Shown here one piece after another: positions 48,811 through 56,281 of a DNA stretch of 64,000 bases (its first letter is position 1; every line of letters begins with the position of its first letter). Location: NCBI GenBank assembly GCA_017541375.1, contig JAFXZE010000008.1:6207-70206 (forward strand), in the 5' to 3' direction. The position numbers and the translations under genes were made by a program. The notes below the pieces were generated by a model. It was not told where the DNA came from. It ran no database searches and was given only the letters and a program-made list of their open reading frames with translations. The stretch comes from Clostridia bacterium (GTDB lineage Bacteria; Bacillota; Clostridia; Christensenellales; UBA1242).

Positions 48811-49836
48811 AACCCCAAATCTTGTGAGAACTTCATCAACAATTGTATGTGAATGTGATGCTATATCGTTTGCAAAAATATAGCTTTGATTATCTTTTCC
48901 AAGGATAGTAACATAATCATTTACTTTCATTTGAGGTGATGCCTCAATAATACTCATATTCATGCAAATGTCCGCTACAAAAGGGCATTTTTTATCTTTA
49001 TATAAGACCCAACCAGATTGGGCCCACGCATAGGGTAGCCCATCAGCATAGCCAATACTTAGAATGGCAACAGACATGTCTTTAGGTGCTTTGTGATTGC
49101 TGCCATAGCCAATATATTCATCTTTTTTTATTTTTTGTATTTTTATTATTCGAGCTTGAATAGATAGTACTGGGGTTGTTTTTGGATGGCCATATCCATA
49201 TACCCCAGCCCCAATCCTTACCATACCCAAGTAGTTTACTTGGCGCCAATACTGTGTATTAAAGAGGTGGAATATTGTTTTAGTAATGCAAGAAGTTAAA
49301 TCGTTAAATTGGGCGATTTGTGCTCGAGTACGAGATTTATTTGCACCATCGCCAAGATGGGAGTATACACTACTCAAATTTAAATATTTATTTTGTTTTA
49401 TTATAGCTAACATACGAAATATATCTTTTTTGTTACTTATTCCCAAGCGATGTAATCCAGTGTCTAGTTGTAAGTGTATGGAAATTGTTTTTTTTAGATT
49501 TTTAGCGATAATTTCTATCATTTTGAGTTGGGTGATATTATCAACACTAATTTCGACATTTTGTTGTATAGCTGTAATTAAATTATCAAAGTTACAAGAG
49601 CCGAGCACAATTATATGTTTTTTAGTGATTTTTCTCAAATTGATAGCTTCTTTATTATCAATTACAGCAAAGTAGTCCACATAATTTTCGATTGCCTTAG
49701 CTATTTTATTTAATCCATGACCATAAGCATTACTTTTTATGACAGCGCATAGTTTTGTGTTGTGAAGGTCAGCTTTTATATTTAAAATATTGTTTTTTAG
49801 AGCGTTGTAGTCAATCGATTTTATAATGTTTTTCAT
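48796..49836 (-). CDS. alr: Alanine racemase
   Basis: PLP-Lys motif AVIKSNAYGHG. AAGGAGG RBS before the ATG at 49836 (track start 49905 unlikely). The 3' end overlaps holA by 15 nt, convergently. Confidence 0.9.
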   Translation of the reverse strand: MKNIIKSIDYNALKNNILNIKADLHNTKLCAVIKSNAYGHGLNKIAKAIENYVDYFAVIDNKEAINLRKITKKHIIVLGSCNFDNLITAIQQNVEISVDNITQLKMIEIIAKNLKKTISIHLQLDTGLHRLGISNKKDIFRMLAIIKQNKYLNLSSVYSHLGDGANKSRTRAQIAQFNDLTSCITKTIFHLFNTQYWRQVNYLGMVRIGAGVYGYGHPKTTPVLSIQARIIKIQKIKKDEYIGYGSNHKAPKDMSVAILSIGYADGLPYAWAQSGWVLYKDKKCPFVADICMNMSIIEASPQMKVNDYVTILGKDNQSYIFANDIASHSHTIVDEVLTRFGVLSTD

Positions 49837-49937
49837 TGCTCCTCCTTGAGTGTAGATTATTCCAAATGTAGAATTTATGTGAAAGTAGGGGAGTTTTCTT
49901 GACAAAGCATAAAAAAAACTATATAATCAAACTACTT

Positions 49938-50024
49938 GGAGAGGTGTCAGAGTGGTCGAATGTGCCGGCCTCGAAATTCGGTATGCCAAAAGCATCGAGG
50001 GTTCGAATCCCTCCCTCTCCGCCA
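49938..50024 (+). tRNA. tRNA-Ser (anticodon CGA), class II with long variable arm, encoded CCA
   Basis: Hand fold: acceptor GGAGAGG/CCTCTCC, T-arm GAGGG-TTCGAAT-CCCTC, variable arm ATGC-CAAAA-GCAT, anticodon loop CTCGAAA. One mismatch each in the D stem and anticodon stem. Confidence 0.8.
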
Positions 50025-50059
50025 GTAGAAACCAATTTGAACCGCAGGGTTCTTTTTTT
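50019..50059 (+). repeat. Left copy of a perfect 41-bp direct repeat (last 6 nt of tRNA-Ser plus its terminator)
   Basis: CCGCCAGTAGAAACCAATTTGAACCGCAGGGTTCTTTTTTT, identical to 59217-59257. Confidence 0.95.
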
Positions 50060-50138
50060 AGTTTTTGCGATAACTAAGAGATTTTTAGGCAAAATTATAG
50101 TTAATTTGTCTTATTATCATTTTAATAAGTTAAGTTTG

Positions 50139-50167
50139 TTGACAAAAAAATAATTATATGTTATCCT
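50139..50167 (+). promoter_or_regulatory. Candidate promoter of the peptide/radical-SAM operon
   Basis: TTGACA-17 nt-TATCCT (consensus -35, weak -10). Confidence 0.45.
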
Positions 50168-50191
50168 TCTACTTGAAGGAGGATTTGCGCT

Positions 50192-50251
50192 ATGGCGAAA
50201 AGAATTACTTTAAAGAAAATGACGATTTACACAAGTTGCATGTCAACCTAA
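50192..50251 (+). CDS. 19-aa candidate RiPP precursor peptide MAKRITLKKMTIYTSCMST, absent from the ORF track
   Basis: GAAGGAGG RBS 9 nt upstream of the ATG. Basic N-terminal half and a Thr/Ser/Cys/Tyr-rich C-terminal half. Directly upstream of two radical-SAM genes. Confidence 0.6.
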   Translation: MAKRITLKKMTIYTSCMST

Positions 50252-50263
50252 TTTAAGCCACAG

Positions 50264-50297
50264 CTAAATTCATCATTTGATGAGTTTAGTTTTTTTT
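50264..50297 (+). terminator. Strong intrinsic terminator/attenuator between the peptide gene and the maturase genes
   Basis: 11-bp stem CTAAATTCATC/GATGAGTTTAG (one G-U pair), 4-nt loop, then 8 T. The RBS of the next gene starts right after the T-run. Confidence 0.8.
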
Positions 50298-50307
50298 AGG
50301 AGATGTT

Positions 50308-51213
50308 ATGGTTTTATTTTTTATTATTCACACAAAATGTGATTTATGCTGTAAAGATTGCTTTTATTCAAAAGGATATGAAAAAAGGGATTCTAGCGAA
50401 TTAAAGCTAGAAGATATAGAATTATTTGTTAAAAAAGTTTACGACTTAAGTTTTAAAACAATTATTCTGACTGGAGGAGATCCTCTTTATTCAAAGCGTA
50501 AATATGTTACCTATGCATTAATCGAATGTTTAAAAAAATACAAGTTAAGAGTTATAATTAATACTAGTGGCGCAAAATTGAATTCTATCGATATACAAAC
50601 TTTAATCAACTTAAATGTTGATAGAATAGATTTTTCGATTAATTCACTTGATGAAAATATTCATAATTCTGAACGAGGAAATTATCAAGACACTGTTTTT
50701 GCGATGAAAAGTCTTTTGAAAAATGGGTATGATAAAATCACTACTACTACAGTTATAACAGAAGAAAATGCGTATAAAGCACTGGAAACACTTCGATGGT
50801 TAAAATCTTTAGGTATAAAAGACATAAGATATCAACCTTTATTTAAACAAACAGCCCAAAATTATCAAATAATAAGAGATGCAATGTTGGAATGTAATAA
50901 AGAATTTGGTAATTCGCATTCAGAGTATTATTTATTACAGTGCGATAGAGCATATAATAACAAAATTCCTCAAGAGAATTCAGTATGTATGATGGGGAAA
51001 AATTTATTTGTAAGTGATGCATTAGGGAATATTTATCCTTGTTTTCATCGATTCGATGTAAATTTTGGAAATATCTTTACAGATGATACTTCATTTTTAA
51101 AGGACAAATTAATACATAATAGTTTTTATTCAGAAAGGCATGATTGTTTTGGTAAACATTGTGTTTCATTGTTCGATAACGGTGATTTTTGGAAAAAGGA
51201 AAAAGTTTTATGA
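50308..51213 (+). CDS. Radical SAM enzyme with C-terminal twitch/partial-SPASM-like Cys cluster
   Basis: CDLCCKDC (CX3CX2C) at residues 11-18, GGDPL, C-terminal CMMGKNLFVSDALGNIYPC...CFGKHC. Confidence 0.85.
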   Translation: MVLFFIIHTKCDLCCKDCFYSKGYEKRDSSELKLEDIELFVKKVYDLSFKTIILTGGDPLYSKRKYVTYALIECLKKYKLRVIINTSGAKLNSIDIQTLINLNVDRIDFSINSLDENIHNSERGNYQDTVFAMKSLLKNGYDKITTTTVITEENAYKALETLRWLKSLGIKDIRYQPLFKQTAQNYQIIRDAMLECNKEFGNSHSEYYLLQCDRAYNNKIPQENSVCMMGKNLFVSDALGNIYPCFHRFDVNFGNIFTDDTSFLKDKLIHNSFYSERHDCFGKHCVSLFDNGDFWKKEKVL

Positions 51214-52487
51214 AAAAGTACGTATACCCCTACAAGATATTTACAAATGAAAAAGTAATGTATCATTTTAATGTGGATAAGTTGTATATAACAGAAGTTA
51301 ATAATAATCATTTAGACTTATTGAATAAACTTGCTCAATTTGATTACGAAGAAGTGCAAGCTAACATTTTAGATGAGGAGCAAAAACAGTGTCTGAACGA
51401 TTTGATTGAATTTGAAATGATAACTGATGAGCAACCTAATATAAAAGAGCCAACTGTAGTTTGTAAACCTACTTCCTATCGTATAGTTTTAACGGAACAA
51501 TGTAACTTAGCCTGTGTTGAGTGTTTCGCAACAAAAAATATTAATTGTTTGAAAACTATGGATAGCGAAACACTGTTTGAGGTGCTTGAATATTCGTTTA
51601 AGAATAATAACAATAAATCTACACAGTATTGTTTTTTTGGTGGGGAACCTTTAATAAAGTTTGATTTAATAAAAGAAGCTGTTGCTAAAATTGAAGAAGC
51701 AGAAAAGAATCATTTAGTAAAGAATCCAGTTTTATTGATTACAACAAATGGAACGATATTAAATGATGAAATAATTGATTTTTTTATTGATCATAATGTA
51801 AGAGTAGGCGTGTCTATTGATGGTCCTAAAGAAATACACGACAAATTGCGACCATATAAGGATTTACGTGGGACTTTTGATGATGTAAAAGAAAACTATA
51901 TGAAAATGTATAATAAAGGAGTTAATCTACATGTTTTAATTACTCCTAATCCTGATTTTTTGGGTAATCTAAAAGATATTGTAAAGTATGTGCTTGAAAA
52001 TTTTCCAATGAAAGAATTGACAATTAATACCCCCTTTAAATACGATACTTTGCAATGGTCCGTTGATGGAGAAAAATATGCTCATATATTATTTGATATT
52101 TATAAATTAACCCAAGAATTTGGCGTTATCCTCGATTCTGCATTGTCGGTAGTGTTGGGGAGTATATCAAATGGCATTAGAAGACAAACTCCGTGTTCTA
52201 TTTTAGGAGATGAATTTATGACTTTGGTTACTCCTCATGGGGAAATGTCAAGATGTGCACAAAAATATGATTCCCAAATTTCTTTGGGAAACATCAAAAA
52301 CGTGAGTGTATCGGATAATTGTAAGAATTGTTATGCATACGGTTTTTGTGGTGGAGTATGCCCTGCATATAAGGTTTTGTCTGGTATGTCTACTGATTCA
52401 AACAAGTGTAAATTTATGCATGCTATATTACCTAATTTAATAAATTATTTAAAAATGTTTGAGGAGACATCTGATGATCTTCAGTAA
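51210..52487 (+). CDS. Radical SAM/SPASM peptide maturase with ~95-aa N-terminal (RRE-position) extension
   Basis: CNLACVEC (CX3CX2C), GGEPL. Complete SPASM signature CSILGDEFMTLVTPHGEMSRC...CKNCYAYGFCGGVC (CX2CX5CX3C). ATGA start/stop overlap with the upstream gene; an alternative start exists at 51189. Confidence 0.85.
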   Translation: MKKYVYPYKIFTNEKVMYHFNVDKLYITEVNNNHLDLLNKLAQFDYEEVQANILDEEQKQCLNDLIEFEMITDEQPNIKEPTVVCKPTSYRIVLTEQCNLACVECFATKNINCLKTMDSETLFEVLEYSFKNNNNKSTQYCFFGGEPLIKFDLIKEAVAKIEEAEKNHLVKNPVLLITTNGTILNDEIIDFFIDHNVRVGVSIDGPKEIHDKLRPYKDLRGTFDDVKENYMKMYNKGVNLHVLITPNPDFLGNLKDIVKYVLENFPMKELTINTPFKYDTLQWSVDGEKYAHILFDIYKLTQEFGVILDSALSVVLGSISNGIRRQTPCSILGDEFMTLVTPHGEMSRCAQKYDSQISLGNIKNVSVSDNCKNCYAYGFCGGVCPAYKVLSGMSTDSNKCKFMHAILPNLINYLKMFEETSDDLQ

Positions 52488-53637
52488 AGATATGTTTTTT
52501 ACAACCAAGTTTATTGATAGTGATCCCATATATGTAAAATTAGAAAAAGCAGGGTATATTAAACAAATAAGCTCTGGTATATATGCTTACTTAGAGCTTT
52601 TTAATAAATTATTAAGTAATATCTGTAATGAGATAGGTAACATATTTAAAGAATACAACATTAGTGAAGTTAAAATGCCTCTGTTACAGGATGCTAATTT
52701 ATGGAAAAACTCTGGGCGATTTGACATTTATGGTAAAGGTTTGTTTGTTACGGGGGAAAATGCTGAATATGTTTTGAGTGCAACAAGCGAAGAGGCGATT
52801 ATTAAATTGATAGATCTATTAGGGATTGAAGAGAAGCAATTACCATTTTGTGTATATCAGATTTCAGAAAGGTTAAGGAATGAATTACGTACTGCTTATG
52901 GTTTATTTCGAACAAAAACTTTCACACTAGCAGATTGTTATGCGATTGTCAATAATACAAATGATTTGGCACATTATACCCATATATTTAAAGAAATTTT
53001 TCACAAAATAGGTGTAAAATTTAATTTGGCACTGCATGAGGCTATTCACTTGGGACACAACCAGACCATTTCCATTTGGTGTAATTCAAAACTAAATCAA
53101 AGCCACCCCATAGTATGCAAAAATTGCAATAATTCATTTCGTAATAAATCTTTAATTACTAAATGTCCTATATGTAATTCTGCTAATGTAGCACGAGCCG
53201 TGGGGGCTGAAATTGGTGATATAGCAACAATACAGCAACTAATTAGTACAAAAAAAATTAATAATACTCATATTGTTACAATGGGAATTGGGTTAACTAG
53301 GCTTATTCAATTAATTGCAGAGCAAAAAGTATATAAAAATGGCTTTGATTGGGATTATTGGTATGCTCCATACAAAGCATATATTGTGGCTAGTAATGAA
53401 AGGAGAAACGAGGCACAAAAAATATATGACATACTAAATAGTAAGATAGATGCTCTTTTCGATAATAGAGCAAAAAGTATAGCCACGAAACTAATAGATG
53501 CTGATTTGATCGGTTGCCCATATAAAATCATATTAGGTAATAATACATGTATCGATACGGTCGAAATAAAAAGAAGTAATAAAATGTTAAAACTAAAAAG
53601 TGAGCAAGTTTTAAAATATATATTAGATAATAGATAG
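52474..53637 (+). CDS. Minimal bacterial-type ProRS-like class II aaRS paralogue: no INS editing domain, CxxC...CxxC insert, degenerate motifs
   Basis: AGYIKQISSGIYAYLELF, MPLLQDANLWKNSGRF and LRNELRTAYGLFRTKTFTLADCYA align with the motif 2 region ([25 protein letters not shown]). MGIGLTRLIQLIAEQ is motif 3. An HGTP-type anticodon-binding domain follows (YKAYIV...LFDNRAKS...DADLIGCPYKIILG). The 14-nt overlap with the upstream gene has a GAGGAG RBS. Confidence 0.75.
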   Translation: MIFSKDMFFTTKFIDSDPIYVKLEKAGYIKQISSGIYAYLELFNKLLSNICNEIGNIFKEYNISEVKMPLLQDANLWKNSGRFDIYGKGLFVTGENAEYVLSATSEEAIIKLIDLLGIEEKQLPFCVYQISERLRNELRTAYGLFRTKTFTLADCYAIVNNTNDLAHYTHIFKEIFHKIGVKFNLALHEAIHLGHNQTISIWCNSKLNQSHPIVCKNCNNSFRNKSLITKCPICNSANVARAVGAEIGDIATIQQLISTKKINNTHIVTMGIGLTRLIQLIAEQKVYKNGFDWDYWYAPYKAYIVASNERRNEAQKIYDILNSKIDALFDNRAKSIATKLIDADLIGCPYKIILGNNTCIDTVEIKRSNKMLKLKSEQVLKYILDNR

Positions 53638-53664
53638 TTGAAATAACTAGTTTAGGAGAATAAA

Positions 53665-55092
53665 ATGAATAAACAAAGAGAATTAGTAAAAAAAGATAAC
53701 ATGGCAGAGTGGTATCAAAATGTTATAGAAAAGGCTGATTTAGCCGAACATTCACCAGTAAAAGGCTGCATGACCATAAAACCTTATGGTTATGCTATTT
53801 GGGAATTAATAAGAAATGAATTAGATATTTTAATAAAAAAACATGGGGCAAAGAATATGAGTTTTCCTCTTTTTATTCCTTATTCATATTTGTCAAGAGA
53901 GAAGGATCATGTTGAAGGATTTAGTCCTGAAATTGCTGTGGTTACACACGCTGGTGGTAAAAAATTACAAGAACCTTTGGTCGTTCGACCAACGTCCGAG
54001 ACGATCATTCATGAAAGTATGAGGAGATGGATTTATTCATATAAAGATTTGCCCCTAAAGTTGAATCAGTGGTGTAATGTTGTGCGTTGGGAAAAGCATC
54101 CTCGTTTATTTTTAAGAACTTCCGAATTTCAATGGCAGGAAGGGCATACTGCACATGCAACGGAACAAGAAGCACGACAAGAAGTGGAAAGTATGGTTGA
54201 ACTTTACTACAATTTTATTAAAGATGTTTTAGCTATTCCTACAGTAAAGGGACAGAAATCAGAAAAGGAAAAATTTGCAGGAGCGGTTGATTCATATAGT
54301 GTAGAGGCACTTATGCCAGATAATAAAGCTGTTCAAATGGGAACAATTCATTACTTAGGTTTGAATTTTTCAAAAATAGCAGATGTGAAATTTGTAGATG
54401 AAAGTGGTGCTGAAAACTTTGTATATATGACAAGCTGGGGAGTTTCAACAAGGCTCATAGGGGCATTGATAATGACTCATGGTGATGATAAAGGATTAGT
54501 TCTTCCACCGAAAGTAGCACCAGTTCAAATTGTTATTGTACCTATTGGTAATACTTTAGAAACAGCGCAACGCTTATTTAATGAATTAAACAATAGTGGT
54601 TTTAGAGTGGAGTTAGATGATCGTCAAGATGTGCGACCAGGAGCTAAATATTTTGAAAATGAAATGAGAGGTATTCCTGTCAGAATAGAAATAGGTGAAA
54701 GGGAAATTGAGAATAATGAAATACAGTGTGTAAATAGAGTTACAGGAAAGAGGACGGTATTATCACTTGGTTCAGATTATATACAATCTATAAAAGATTT
54801 ATTACAAGAAATTCAATCTACACTTTTAAAAAATGCAACAGAAAGAATGAGAAATAGCGTGGTAGAAGCGAAAACAAAAGAAGAATTTTCCGATTTGATA
54901 GAAAACCAAAAGGGTTTTATAAAAGCTTGTTGGTGTGATGAAAAAGAATGTGAAGTAAGCATTAAAGATAAAACTGGAGCAAATAGCAGAAATTTACCGT
55001 TTGCCGAAAACGAAAAAGAATTGACTGATTGTACTTGTGTTTGGTGTGGTAAAAAGGCTAAGAAAATTGCATATTTTTGTAAAGCTTATTAA
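53665..55092 (+). CDS. proS: Prolyl-tRNA synthetase, archaeal/eukaryote-like type (full length, with C-terminal Zn-binding domain)
   Basis: EWYQNVIEKADLAEHSPVKGCMTIKPYGYAIWE, RPTSETII, FLRTSEFQWQEGHTAH, SWGVSTRLIGALIMTHGDDKGLVLPP. C-terminal CWCDEKEC...CVWCGKKAK...KAY ends in the conserved terminal Tyr. Confidence 0.9.
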   Translation: MNKQRELVKKDNMAEWYQNVIEKADLAEHSPVKGCMTIKPYGYAIWELIRNELDILIKKHGAKNMSFPLFIPYSYLSREKDHVEGFSPEIAVVTHAGGKKLQEPLVVRPTSETIIHESMRRWIYSYKDLPLKLNQWCNVVRWEKHPRLFLRTSEFQWQEGHTAHATEQEARQEVESMVELYYNFIKDVLAIPTVKGQKSEKEKFAGAVDSYSVEALMPDNKAVQMGTIHYLGLNFSKIADVKFVDESGAENFVYMTSWGVSTRLIGALIMTHGDDKGLVLPPKVAPVQIVIVPIGNTLETAQRLFNELNNSGFRVELDDRQDVRPGAKYFENEMRGIPVRIEIGEREIENNEIQCVNRVTGKRTVLSLGSDYIQSIKDLLQEIQSTLLKNATERMRNSVVEAKTKEEFSDLIENQKGFIKACWCDEKECEVSIKDKTGANSRNLPFAENEKELTDCTCVWCGKKAKKIAYFCKAY

Positions 55093-55110
55093 TAACTGGG
55101 GAAAATATTT

Positions 55111-56214
55111 ATGAAGCCATATAGTCTAAATAAAAATGATAAGATAGCAATAATTTCTCTATCGGGTGGAAGTTTAGGAGAAGCATACAATAAGCCAATA
55201 GTTGAATTGGGTATAAAGAGATTAAAAGATTTGGGTTTTGTCACTGTTTTTACACCCAATAGCCTAAAGGGTATAGATTTTTTACATAACAATCCAAAGG
55301 CACGAGCCGAAGATTTAAAGGCGGCTTTTAGGGATGATAGCATTAAAGCAATTCTATGTGCAATTGGTGGGGATGATACAATACTAACGATTCCATATCT
55401 ATTAAGTGATAGTGAATTTATTTTAAATGTAAAAAAGCATCCGAAAGTTTTTTTCGGATACTCGGATTCAACAATAAATCATTTAATGTTTTGTAAGTTA
55501 GGATTACAAACATACTATGGAATAAGTTTTATAACAGATTTTTGCGAATTAGCGCCCAATATGATTCCTTATACTTTAAATAGTTTTGTAAATTTTTGTA
55601 ATAATCCAAAAGCCTTTTCCATTACGCCAAGTAAGTATTGGTATAGGGAAAGAGATGATTATTCAATCAAGAATTTAGGATTTGAAAGAATTGCTGTTGA
55701 AGAGGAGCGAGGATACATCTTTTTTAATAGTATGAAAAAAGTAAAAGGTGAATTATTTGGTGGTTGCATAGAAATCTTATCTGCTTGTTTGGGAATAATA
55801 GACAAAGATTGGTTTTATCATAAAGAAATTGTAGATATTTTTTATAAGATTGCCGATAAATTTAAGCTTTTTCCGACAAAGGATTATTTGAAAGGCAAAA
55901 TTCTATTTCTAGAATCAAGTGAGGTGTTTATTAAACCTGAAAAATTGAAACAATTTCTATTGAAACTTGAAGAATTGGGAATACTAGCAGTTTTGAATGG
56001 TATTATCGTATCAAAACCTATGGAAGAAAAATATTTTGATGAGTATTTATCTGTTTATAAAGATGTATGCTCAAAATATAGTTTTCCTGTAATATATAAT
56101 TTTAATTTGGGGCATTCATGTCCGAGAAATATATTGCCATATGGTGTTAAATGTGAAATTGATCCTGTAAACAAGACGATTAGAATAGTCGAAAAAATGA
56201 CTTGTGACAATTGA
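55111..56214 (+). CDS. Peptidase S66 (LD-carboxypeptidase / MccF-like serine hydrolase), long 367-aa form
   Basis: IAIISLSGGS, nucleophile elbow GYSDST, C-terminal NLGHSCPRNILPYG (catalytic His region). The length fits the MccF-like rather than the short LdcA-like subgroup. Confidence 0.8.
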   Translation: MKPYSLNKNDKIAIISLSGGSLGEAYNKPIVELGIKRLKDLGFVTVFTPNSLKGIDFLHNNPKARAEDLKAAFRDDSIKAILCAIGGDDTILTIPYLLSDSEFILNVKKHPKVFFGYSDSTINHLMFCKLGLQTYYGISFITDFCELAPNMIPYTLNSFVNFCNNPKAFSITPSKYWYRERDDYSIKNLGFERIAVEEERGYIFFNSMKKVKGELFGGCIEILSACLGIIDKDWFYHKEIVDIFYKIADKFKLFPTKDYLKGKILFLESSEVFIKPEKLKQFLLKLEELGILAVLNGIIVSKPMEEKYFDEYLSVYKDVCSKYSFPVIYNFNLGHSCPRNILPYGVKCEIDPVNKTIRIVEKMTCDN

Positions 56215-56259
56215 GCATTTATCTATCTAGTTAAGCCTATCTTGCGCCGCCAATTTTTT

Positions 56260-56281
56260 AGGAGCTTCGGCTCTTTTTTTG
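56260..56281 (+). terminator. Intrinsic terminator ending the operon
   Basis: AGGAGC-TTCG-GCTCTTTTTTT (short stem, UUCG loop). Confidence 0.6.

Noticed and set aside
49899-50153. 84-aa ORF on the + strand (MTKHKKNYIIKLLGEVSEWSNVPASK...).
   Set aside because: It reads straight through the tRNA-Ser gene and its terminator, so it is an artefact of ORF calling.
53638-53664. T-box riboswitch or other leader upstream of the ProRS gene.
   Set aside because: The intergenic gap is only 27 nt and upstream genes overlap, so there is no room for a T-box leader. The gene is read as part of the operon.
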